DNA of 32,000 bases from a bacterium (lineage in GTDB: Bacteria; Zhuqueibacterota; Zhuqueibacteria; Zhuqueibacterales; Geothermadaptataceae). Numbering within the stretch: the first letter of the stretch is position 1; each line of letters begins with the position of its first letter. The stretch lies in the NCBI GenBank assembly GCA_024275575.1, contig JAJRYV010000045.1, forward strand, positions 23,220 through 55,219, read 5' to 3'. This document shows, piece after piece, positions 1 to 8,289 of this stretch. The notes beneath the pieces are model-generated. The model was not told the DNA's origin and ran no database searches. It worked only from the letters and a program-made list of their open reading frames with translations. The position numbers were made by a program, and so were the translations under genes.

Positions 1-375
1 GATACCGAAATAGTCGATATTCTTCAAAACCTCCGGCGTCACATCATTGATTTTATCCTGATATTTATCTTTTAAATGGGGCGGCACGGATTTTAACGGC
101 AAGTGGCTCGGCCGTGTGCGCGAGGTGTGTAAAAATGTACCGCCAGTGCGTGCCGCGCGGTTCACAACGTCGGCGGTTAATTCAAAAATATGATCGCTAT
201 TGTCAGCATGCTGATCAGGAATCATATCGACGAGCCCTGCCCAGCCACGGCTTATGCCTAACACCCGGTAGCCGTCGCGAATGGCGCGCAAAGTCACCGC
301 ACGAATTGCAGGATTAAGCCCCGGCACATCACCGCCCCCGGTTAAAATACCAATCGTCCCTTTGTAATTTTTCAT
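1..375 (-). CDS. pfkA: 6-phosphofructokinase (ATP- or PPi-dependent), N-terminal 125 codons; the gene runs off the left edge
   Basis: Absent from the ORF track because it is open to the window edge. The reverse complement from ATG (375-373) reads MKNYKGTIGILTGGGDVPGLNPAIRAVTLRAIRDGYRVLGISRGWAGL...TGGTFLHTSRT. GILTGGGDxPGLNxxIR and G(T)xLxTSR are phosphofructokinase-family signatures. Confidence 0.85.
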   Translation of the reverse strand, partial: MKNYKGTIGILTGGGDVPGLNPAIRAVTLRAIRDGYRVLGISRGWAGLVDMIPDQHADNSDHIFELTADVVNRAARTGGTFLHTSRTRPSHLPLKSVPPHLKDKYQDKINDVTPEVLKNIDYFGI

Positions 376-431
376 ATCTTCTTCCAATCGTTTTTTTAAA
401 TATACAATTTACTGATAAGATCAGGGTTTTC

Positions 432-1070
432 TCATAAATTCAATAATGTTTTGAGCTCTGAAAACCGGCGAATTCTCACACAGTCGGTGGAGGTTTCAAG
501 CCACTGCGGGTCCAGCAGCGCTGCTTGCAAACCAGCATTTTGCGCTCCCTGCACATCATAAACCGGGTGATCGCCGACACACAAACAATCCGCAGGCGAG
601 CATTGCAGGATATCAATTGCACGCAGAAAAATGCGGGCATCCGGCTTTTCGATGCCTTCAAGGGCTGAATCCAGGATGCATTTAAAGTAATAATCGAGCT
701 GAAATTTTTCCAACAATTCGTTTACCGAACCATCGGAATTCGAAATGATGCCAAGCGTTAGACCGACATCGCGCAAATCCCGGAGAATCTGTGGCACGCC
801 CGGTTCCGGGACACTCCAAAGGTGTGATTTCCTGTGCCGCGCGATGATGGCTTCAAAAACATCATCCAGTACAGGTTCAGACACACCTGCTGTACGCATC
901 CAGGCGCCAAACCAGAGTTTAAACGGATTCCGCGGCGCCTGCTGATACGCTTCCCGCTTCGTTATGGCGCCGATTTTATCGAATTCATTTTGGGGGATAT
1001 TCATCCAGCCTGTCGCCAATTTGGTGAAGAAATTTGCTGTCCGGAAACAACAGTGTATGGCCGACATCAA
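432..1070 (-). CDS. HAD-superfamily hydrolase (subfamily IA-like). As written it lacks motif I, which sits upstream in another frame (to about 1113).
   Basis: LGIISNSDG (motif II Ser/Thr region), ...EKPDARIF (motif III Lys) and VGDHPVYDVQGAQNAG (motif IV acidic) are present. The nucleophile motif KIIIFDVGHTLL is encoded at 1054-1080 in a different minus-strand frame that stops at 987-985. Confidence 0.75.
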   Translation of the reverse strand: MMSAIHCCFRTANFFTKLATGWMNIPQNEFDKIGAITKREAYQQAPRNPFKLWFGAWMRTAGVSEPVLDDVFEAIIARHRKSHLWSVPEPGVPQILRDLRDVGLTLGIISNSDGSVNELLEKFQLDYYFKCILDSALEGIEKPDARIFLRAIDILQCSPADCLCVGDHPVYDVQGAQNAGLQAALLDPQWLETSTDCVRIRRFSELKTLLNL

Positions 1071-1291
1071 AAATAATTATTTTGATTTTTCCTGGAGAGA
1101 TGGCTGTTTGCAATGAATTATTTTGCGCTCAATACTGTAAACTTAAATCCCATGAAACATAAAAAATTTGGCGAGTAATGCAACAAAAGAAATATCCGGC
1201 TAAAAAATAGCAGGCAGGAATTAAGCACTACGGTATGTGCGTATTATGCGATATTTATAAAAAAGTACTGAAATTAAATAAGTTACAAGCA

Positions 1292-1309
1292 GGCAAGCTC
1301 AGTGTCCGC
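1292..1309. repeat. Repeat family A core copy (GGCAAGCTCAGYGTCCGY)
   Basis: ggcaagctcagtgtccgc is an 18-nt near-identical match to the copies at 22487 and 24652. Intergenic. Confidence 0.6.
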
Positions 1310-1408
1310 ATTGCGCACTTAACAAATACGATCCGGATATCTATTGTTTTCTGTTCAGGTTTACCAGTTTGTATTCATTCAGTGGCTTATCTTGTGCATC
1401 ATCTACGT

Positions 1409-2881
1409 TTAATTCAAAATACCTTCCAGTGGTTTTTCGAGATTAAAGCCGAACAGGCGCGGGTTTTCACCGATGACGGCCGCTGAAAAAATATAATAGA
1501 CGTAATCCTGAGTTTCCCGTGGAAACTCAAATTTATTGACCACATTCCAGAAGTTGCGGTCGCGCGGATTTTTTGGCAGCTTGTTTAAAATACGAATCAC
1601 TTTTCCCTCACCCCAATTATACGAAGCCATCACCAGCAAGCCCGAGGCCTGCGCTTCGGTGCGATAGAGAAAGCGAATATATTTTACCGCCGCCCGGGTC
1701 GATTTTTTAAAATTATGGCGCTCATCCCGCGGGTCGGGCTTGCGCACATCCACCAGCGGGCCCAGTTTCAAACCAAAATGCACCGCTGTTGTCGGGATAA
1801 ACTGCCACATGCCTTTGGCGATCCCATACCGTGTCCGCGGGCCGCAATTGCGTGTATCAAAATCGCTTTCCTGCATCGCCAAGTAAAAAAACTGCGGCGG
1901 CAAATGGCTATCCACAAGCTGCGATGCGATGTATTTGATATAGCCGCGTTCGATAGCATTTTCCAGCGCCTTGCGGTAGCGTGGTGTCGAGCGCCAGCGT
2001 TTGATATATTCATTGACCCTGACCATAAAATCTTTCGGCACATTGAGTTCACATTCTCCGAAAATTCGCGCTACGCGCAAAATAATGCGCTCTTTTTCCG
2101 ACATGCCTTTGAGAAAGCCAAGCTCCGTCAGATATTTATCATACTGTGTTTCCATCTGCTGATATTTTTCCCAATGCTGTTTGCTGATCAGTTCTGAGCT
2201 CGAATCTCCGGCAACAGCATATATTTCCTCGGTGTTAAAAATTTGCAGTTCGACTTCTTTCATCTGGTAAAATAACGCCGAGGCCAGCGCATTTAAACGG
2301 TTCAAATGCGTCTGCTGATAATAAAGTACTGCAGCCGCTATCGCTAATAAAACAAATGACACAGTGGCAATTTGTAGCGTCAGCTTTTTATATTTTTTAT
2401 TCAGACGATTGAACCAGCGATCGACGACACGGCGCTGATAGGGTTTTTCTGATGCAGCTTTTGTAGCGCTGGCCATCATCGAGGCATTGATGGAGCGCAT
2501 CTCGCGCAGCCGTGCCGCCATCGTTTCACCGACGGCTCTCGTGATACGAAATCCCGGGCCGGCCAGGCGGCCGAACAAAAGTACATCGCCGCCGTTTAGC
2601 ACCGTCGGCTTTGTCACCAGGTCATTGTTAACCCAGGTCGCTTTATTTTCTTCAGGAATCAACAGCCAGCCATCGTCATTCAGGCGGATTGTGCAATGGC
2701 GTGACGCCATGTTTTCGGCATCAGGAAAGTGAATATCACAATGATCTGAGGAGCCTACCGTCAGGCTGGCATTGGAAAAACTGCGATTCACACCTTGATT
2801 TTTGCAAAACAAAAACTCCACAGATAATTTTTTGTGATTCTGATGCTCTTTTTCCGACACAACAACCGTCCTCAATTTCAA
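1409..2881 (-). CDS. FHA-domain / single-TM / lytic transglycosylase (SLT, family 1) fusion protein
   Basis: N-terminus: LTVGSSDHCDIHFPD...ASRHCTIRL...WVNN...LNGGDVLLFG (FHA pattern). TM segment: LTLQIATVSFVLLAIAAAVLYY. C-terminus: AMQESDF...GIAKGMWQFIP...ASYNWGEG (the ES / GLMQ-like / AYNxG motifs of SLT). The start at 2881 is TTG; a GTG 4 codons downstream is possible. Confidence 0.8.
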   Translation of the reverse strand: MKLRTVVVSEKEHQNHKKLSVEFLFCKNQGVNRSFSNASLTVGSSDHCDIHFPDAENMASRHCTIRLNDDGWLLIPEENKATWVNNDLVTKPTVLNGGDVLLFGRLAGPGFRITRAVGETMAARLREMRSINASMMASATKAASEKPYQRRVVDRWFNRLNKKYKKLTLQIATVSFVLLAIAAAVLYYQQTHLNRLNALASALFYQMKEVELQIFNTEEIYAVAGDSSSELISKQHWEKYQQMETQYDKYLTELGFLKGMSEKERIILRVARIFGECELNVPKDFMVRVNEYIKRWRSTPRYRKALENAIERGYIKYIASQLVDSHLPPQFFYLAMQESDFDTRNCGPRTRYGIAKGMWQFIPTTAVHFGLKLGPLVDVRKPDPRDERHNFKKSTRAAVKYIRFLYRTEAQASGLLVMASYNWGEGKVIRILNKLPKNPRDRNFWNVVNKFEFPRETQDYVYYIFSAAVIGENPRLFGFNLEKPLEGILN

Positions 2882-3159
2882 AAAATTCTGGATTTTTCCA
2901 TGAATTCAAAGTTTAATTTTTAATCTATTGGTCAAATGAAAAATCGGCATTTTCTGGAAGAGTGTTGAGGAATTTCGAAAGTCTTTTTGGGAAATAAATC
3001 GCTTCAGGCAGGGATGGAAATTTACCGCACGTTCGAATGACAATATCGAAATCAACTCAAGTAATAAAAATGAAATTTCGTTCTTTTGTCGGTATTGAAC
3101 GGTTTTAAGCATTAAAGTTTTCGCAGAAACCCGAAGCTTATTTTTATTCAAAAACCCCT

Positions 3160-4815
3160 TTAAATATCGATCGATGCATGCATAATCTGCTCTTCATAAT
3201 CGGCTTGTAAAGTAAAGCCAAGTTTTTCACAAACCCGTTGCATACCCTGGTTTTCCAGCAGAATCTGCGCAAAAACGCGGGTAATTTTCTCCGCTTTGCC
3301 GATGCGCAGTAACGCCGCAAGCAGCTCTGTTCCCAGGCCTGTCCGCTGATAGGTGTCGCTGATGAGAATCGCGAATTCAGCATCGCTTTTCCCCGGAATT
3401 CGCGTCAGCCTGCCGACGCCGATTATCTTTGCCCCTTCCATTGCTTCTCCATTCTCAACGACCAGCGCCATCTCACGGTCGAAATCATTAAAGCAAATCT
3501 GAGCCAGGCGGTCATGATCGATGCGTTGCACCAGCGCTACGGGATGAAAATAGCGAAAATAGATACTTTCTTCGGAAAGGTGCTGGTGAAAATCAACGAT
3601 TCCGGGTTCGTCTTCCGGACGGATCGGGCGGATTTTCACTTTTTCACCATTGCGTAAATGGCAACTATAAGTGTACTGCGCCGGATAGGGCCGTATCGCA
3701 AGTTTCGGCAATGAGGAGGCATCAAGCGACGGCTCATGCAGCACGATGCGCGCATCGAGAGCGACGAATTCGCCATAGGTATCATCTTCGTTTACCGATG
3801 AACGTACCAACAACGGATTGATATCAATCCTGTCAATCCAGCGTTGCTCCACGACGAGATAACTGAATTTAACCAATAATTTTTCCAGCTTTTGCAGATC
3901 AACTTTTTCACCAAAAGTTGAATTTTCCATGGCGCCGTAAATCCTGGTTTGCTCCATCATGCGCCGCGCCAGTGTCGTGTTGAGCGGTGGCAAAGCCAGT
4001 GCCCGATCGCGAAAAACTTCCACCAACTGACCACCGGAGCCGAACAGCAGCACCGGACCGGCCTGTGAATCAGTATAGCTACCGAGAACGAGCTCGAAGC
4101 CATCGTAGTTAACCATCGGTTGCACGAGCATGCCATTGAATTGCTCCGCACCGGCTTTATTTTCAACATGTTGACGAACCGATTCAAAAGCCGCTTCAAC
4201 TTCCACGGATGAAGAAAGATTCAGCTTCACACTGCTGCGGTCGCGTTTGTTGCTGATCTTTTCTGAATTATGCTTCAGCACCACCGGAAAACCGCTCTTT
4301 TCAGCCGCCGTCACAGCTTCCTTTTTCGTGCGTACGACTGATGATAACGCAACTGAAATGCCATAGGTTTCAAGCACGTTTTTTGTTTCTTCGGCGGTTA
4401 ATTTCGTCCGGCCGTCCTGCTTAATTTTATCAATTCTGGCAGCGATCACGTCTTTTGCTTCACTGTCGCCTTTTTCTTCGTTCGCTTGTGACGGCGTTTC
4501 GTATAATCCTTTCAGATTATAACTGTAACGCCACATGTAATTGAAAATGCGGCTCGCCGTATCCGGATATGGAAAAGTTGGGATACCGGTATTACTGAGA
4601 ATTTCGTTGCCCTTCTCCACATCGGTTCCGCCCATCCAGCTTGTGAGCAGCGGTTTATTGCGAATTTTTCTGAATGCTTTAATTTTTTCCGCCGTTTTTG
4701 TCGGGTCTGTTGTTGCTTGCGGTGAAAGGATGACGAGAATACCGTCACTGTTCGAATCTTTGCTGATGATTTCCAGAGATGTGCTGAATCTTTCCGGCGT
4801 TGCGTCGCCCTGCAA
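3160..4815 (-). CDS. Pat-type protein acetyltransferase / NDP-forming acyl-CoA synthetase, C-terminal fragment (ATP-grasp + GNAT). Same frame as 4876..5961, separated from it by one TAA.
   Basis: ATP-grasp-like region: KNVLETYGISV...GFPVVLK...GMLVQPMV. GNAT region: MALVVENGE...IIGVGRL...FAILISDTYQRTGLGTELLAALL. The annotated start is TTG, and the open frame continues upstream to the TAA at 4878-4876. Confidence 0.85.
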   Translation of the reverse strand: MQGDATPERFSTSLEIISKDSNSDGILVILSPQATTDPTKTAEKIKAFRKIRNKPLLTSWMGGTDVEKGNEILSNTGIPTFPYPDTASRIFNYMWRYSYNLKGLYETPSQANEEKGDSEAKDVIAARIDKIKQDGRTKLTAEETKNVLETYGISVALSSVVRTKKEAVTAAEKSGFPVVLKHNSEKISNKRDRSSVKLNLSSSVEVEAAFESVRQHVENKAGAEQFNGMLVQPMVNYDGFELVLGSYTDSQAGPVLLFGSGGQLVEVFRDRALALPPLNTTLARRMMEQTRIYGAMENSTFGEKVDLQKLEKLLVKFSYLVVEQRWIDRIDINPLLVRSSVNEDDTYGEFVALDARIVLHEPSLDASSLPKLAIRPYPAQYTYSCHLRNGEKVKIRPIRPEDEPGIVDFHQHLSEESIYFRYFHPVALVQRIDHDRLAQICFNDFDREMALVVENGEAMEGAKIIGVGRLTRIPGKSDAEFAILISDTYQRTGLGTELLAALLRIGKAEKITRVFAQILLENQGMQRVCEKLGFTLQADYEEQIMHASIDI

Positions 4816-4875
4816 ATCGATCGGATTGCGATGGCTCCAGGTTTTTGGAAGTATGTCGTCAAGAGCAGCAATGGT

Positions 4876-5961
4876 TTACGGTGTCAGTTCCGCCAACTTT
4901 CCGCCTGAGCGAATGAGCGAATCGGCGGCGAGAATTCCCGGCCCGCCGGCATTGGTGATAATTGCCAGCCGGTTGTTGCGCGGGCGGGGCTGCTTTGAGA
5001 GAATTTCCGCCATATAAAAGAGCTCGGCAATGGTTTCAACACGCAGAACCCCGATGCGGCGGAAGGCGGCCTCGAGCACTTCGTCACGACCAGCGGCGGA
5101 GCCGGTATGGGACAGCATGGCGCGGCTCGCTTCCTCAGTGCGGCCGGCCTTGATGACGATTATCGGTTTGCGCAACGCCACCTCCCTGGCTGCGGAAAGA
5201 AAGGCACGCGCATTGCCGATCGATTCCATATAAATTGCAATCGCTTTCGTATGGGGATCGTTGCCGAGAAAATCGATGAGATCACCCCAATTGACATCAA
5301 CCATGGAACCAACGGAAATGAAAGCGCTGAAACCGGTATTTTCCCGCAAACTCCAGTCGAGAATAGCGGTGCATAATGAACCACTTTGACTGATAAATCC
5401 AATATTGCCCGAATGGGCAAGATGTTTGGCGCAGGTTGCATTCAAACCCGATTTCGGCATCATGACACCAAGACAATTGGGACCGATAATGCGCATCGGG
5501 CCGGACTGTGCAATGTCGTAAATTTCCTTTTCCAGGTTATGTCCCTGATCGCCGATTTCACGAAAACCGGAGGAAATGACGATCGCACCTTTGACCTCGT
5601 GTTTGGCGCAGTTGCGCAAAACATCCGGCACCAGGCTGGCCCGGCTGAGTACAACAGCCAGATCGACTGCATCGGGAACATTTTGCAGGTCTTTATATGC
5701 CTTGATGCCCAATATGGCATCGAGTTGCCCATGCACCGGATAGACGACGCCGCCAAAAGGGTTTTGAATTAGATTGAGCATAACCGACCGGCCGATGCTG
5801 CCCTCCGCATCGGTGGCACCGAAAACTGCGATACTGCGTGGCGAAAAAACAGTTTCGAGACGGTGCTTTAATTTTGTTTTTGCACCCTCCAGGGCGATAT
5901 TTTCTGGCGATGAGTTCATTTTATCCTTTGAAAAATTAGCAATATGCGACAGCCTTATCAT
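4876..5961 (-). CDS. Pat-type protein acetyltransferase / NDP-forming acyl-CoA synthetase, N-terminal fragment (CoA-binding + succinyl-CoA-synthetase-like domains). Ends at an in-frame TAA.
   Basis: FSPRSIAVFGATDAEGSIGRSV...GGVVYPVHG...VDLAVV...IGPNCLGVM...GNIGFISQSGSL...AIYMESIG...KPIIVIKAGRT. The more likely start is the ATG at 5919, which is preceded by AAGGA. Confidence 0.85.
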   Translation of the reverse strand: MIRLSHIANFSKDKMNSSPENIALEGAKTKLKHRLETVFSPRSIAVFGATDAEGSIGRSVMLNLIQNPFGGVVYPVHGQLDAILGIKAYKDLQNVPDAVDLAVVLSRASLVPDVLRNCAKHEVKGAIVISSGFREIGDQGHNLEKEIYDIAQSGPMRIIGPNCLGVMMPKSGLNATCAKHLAHSGNIGFISQSGSLCTAILDWSLRENTGFSAFISVGSMVDVNWGDLIDFLGNDPHTKAIAIYMESIGNARAFLSAAREVALRKPIIVIKAGRTEEASRAMLSHTGSAAGRDEVLEAAFRRIGVLRVETIAELFYMAEILSKQPRPRNNRLAIITNAGGPGILAADSLIRSGGKLAELTP

Positions 5962-6222
5962 ATCTGTCTGCGTAAAATGCTCGTCGGAGATTTAACCCCG
6001 AGTATTCGCCCACCATGGAATCCTCACGGGAAAATTCGGCAGGATTCTACGAATGACAAACAAGCGGTAAATCCCTTCAGGCGGGTTTTTAAAAAGTAAT
6101 TGCCGGTTTCAGCCTGTGGCGGTACCGGCCTAACCAGGTACTTTTCAGGGTAAATAATTGTTTTTAATCAAAATCGCAATTAAAAAAGCAGGTATTTCAG
6201 GGAATTAATATCACCGGTATTC

Positions 6223-6624
6223 TTATTTTTGCGAAGTTGGGTCGCCCAGAAGAGAAGATTGCAGCGTCTGCTCGACAACACGCAGCAGCACATCCCGCTT
6301 TACCGGTTTCGTCAGGTAGGCGTCAAAATCCTGGATGGCGAATTTTTTTTCGAAATCACTACGGGCAAATGTACTGAGGATGATGACTTTTGCCGCCGGG
6401 CTCAACAGCCGAAGATGCTGCAGGCATTGAAGCCCATATTCGCTCGCATGCCGTACGGCGATGATGACCAGATTGAAGGGCAGTTGATCACAAAGCTCGT
6501 GCGCTTCTTTGAAGGTCTCCGCTACAAATACATTGTACTCATTTTTACTCAACGCTTTAAATAATGAACGCCGGTAAACAAGGTCGGATTCGAGAATTAA
6601 TATTCGTTGTTTCGTCGAGAGCAA
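6223..6624 (-). CDS. Stand-alone receiver-domain protein lacking the phospho-acceptor pocket (pseudo-receiver)
   Basis: CheY-like fold pattern: ILILESD...FNLVIIAVRH...VIILST...YLTKPV. By-eye alignment to CheY gives D12/D13/D57 -> E/S/A, with the Ser/Thr and Lys positions retained. Confidence 0.8.
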   Translation of the reverse strand: MLSTKQRILILESDLVYRRSLFKALSKNEYNVFVAETFKEAHELCDQLPFNLVIIAVRHASEYGLQCLQHLRLLSPAAKVIILSTFARSDFEKKFAIQDFDAYLTKPVKRDVLLRVVEQTLQSSLLGDPTSQK

Positions 6625-6903
6625 AATTCTTCACCCGGTTTTTTGAAAATGATCACCGGTATGGGAAACACCGGTTTATTTTGCGGATCGTAATAAAATG
6701 CGGGGGGAGGGTCAACAAGAATAATGCCATATACCTTGTAAAATTTTTAAATAAAAAAAGATGTGCCTATTCCTCATAAGCCCCTCTTTTTTAAGGGATT
6801 AAAATATTCAAAAACGCGCTTTAATACATTTTTTTTAAAAACCTTCTATTTATTTTTCTTAAAGGCAAAAAAAATCACTGCAAGATTCCTAAATTCGAGA
6901 AGT

Positions 6904-8289
6904 TCAAACATTATTCTCTTTGGGGTCGAGACCAAGCTCAGCCATTTTGCGATAAAGCGATGACAAACTCAAATCCAGCATTTTCGCTGCCGTTTTTTTC
7001 TCTGAATCAACGATTTCCAACACTTTGGTAATCTGCATTTTTTCAAATTCCGCGACGGCATCTTTTAAACCCATATTGGTGAAAACAGGCATTGCACCCT
7101 CGGCAGTTGTCGCCTGTGGCAGATGATCTGTGGTGATCATATCGCCATCGCATAAAATCACGGCGCGCTCGATCGTATTTTCCAGCTCGCGTACGTTGCC
7201 CTTCCAGGCATTGCCAAGAAAATAAGGCATCGCATCGATGCTGACGCCGGAAATACTTTTATTCATGTCATTATTGAATCGTTTGAGAAAGAAATTGATC
7301 AGCAGCGGGATGTCATCCCGGCGGTCACGCAGCGGCGGGATATAAATTCCCACGACGTTCAGACGGTAATACAAATCTTCCCGAAAGGCTCCCTTTTCGA
7401 TCTCTTCCTCCAGATTTTTATTGCTCGCAGCGATGATGCGCACATTGATGGGGATCGTCCGTCCGGCGCCAACCGGCATAATTTCCTGCTCCTGAATCGC
7501 CCGCAGCAACTTGACCTGTAAATTCAGCGGCAAGGTACTGATTTCATCGAGGAAAAGAGTGCCGCCGGAGGCCATACGGAACAAGCCATCCTTGTCTTTT
7601 ATCGCGCCGGTATACGACCCTTTGACATGGCCGAAAAGCTCGCTCTCGATCAAATTCTCCGAAATCGCGCCACAATTCACGGCAATGAATCGCTTCTGTT
7701 CCCGTGGGCTTTGCGAATGCAATAAACGCGCGACAATTTCTTTCCCCGTGCCGCTTTCGCCGGTGATGAGCACAGTGGAAGGCAACGGCGCGACTCGTGA
7801 AACCAGATTCAACACCGACTTAACTGCTTTGCTCTTGCCGATAAATTTGTATTTTTTCGAATGCGTGTCAGCGAGTTGTTCTTTCAAAAAACGATTTTCC
7901 TTGCTCAACGCATAACGCTCCAGTGCTTTGCTCACCGTGTGCAAAATTTCCGCCCGTTTGAACGGTTTTGAAATAAAATCATAAGCACCGTTTTTCATCG
8001 CTTCCACGGCTTTTTCCACTGTTCCGTGGCCGGTTAAAACGACCACTTCGATCTCCGGCCAGCTTTTTTTCACGGACTTGAGCAGCTCATTGCCGCTCAT
8101 CCCGGGCATCAGCATGTCGGTGAGCACGAGTGAAATATTTTCCCGTCCCAAAATAACTTCCGCTTCCGCGCCGTTGGCAGCGAGAAATGTCTTGTAACCT
8201 TCTTTATGAATAACACGCTCAAGTGAAACCCGAACGCTTTGTTCATCATCGACAATAAGAATTGAATATGATGATTCGTTAATCAACAC
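6904..8289 (-). CDS. Sigma-54-dependent Fis-family response regulator (NtrC/AtoC class)
   Basis: Receiver: ILIVDDEQ...LVLTDMLMPGMSG...KPF. AAA+ domain: Walker A GESGTGKE, sigma54-contact loop GSYTGA (GAFTGA variant), GAFREDLYYRLNV. C-terminal HTH: KTAAKMLDLSLSSLYRKM. Confidence 0.92.
   Translation of the reverse strand: MLINESSYSILIVDDEQSVRVSLERVIHKEGYKTFLAANGAEAEVILGRENISLVLTDMLMPGMSGNELLKSVKKSWPEIEVVVLTGHGTVEKAVEAMKNGAYDFISKPFKRAEILHTVSKALERYALSKENRFLKEQLADTHSKKYKFIGKSKAVKSVLNLVSRVAPLPSTVLITGESGTGKEIVARLLHSQSPREQKRFIAVNCGAISENLIESELFGHVKGSYTGAIKDKDGLFRMASGGTLFLDEISTLPLNLQVKLLRAIQEQEIMPVGAGRTIPINVRIIAASNKNLEEEIEKGAFREDLYYRLNVVGIYIPPLRDRRDDIPLLINFFLKRFNNDMNKSISGVSIDAMPYFLGNAWKGNVRELENTIERAVILCDGDMITTDHLPQATTAEGAMPVFTNMGLKDAVAEFEKMQITKVLEIVDSEKKTAAKMLDLSLSSLYRKMAELGLDPKENNV

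Noticed and set aside
6714-6729. Sigma54-like element on the minus strand upstream of the pseudo-receiver (TGGCATTATTCTTGTT).
   Set aside because: The -24 TGGCAT is fine, but the -12 GC is GT. Single occurrence, so I did not call it as a feature.
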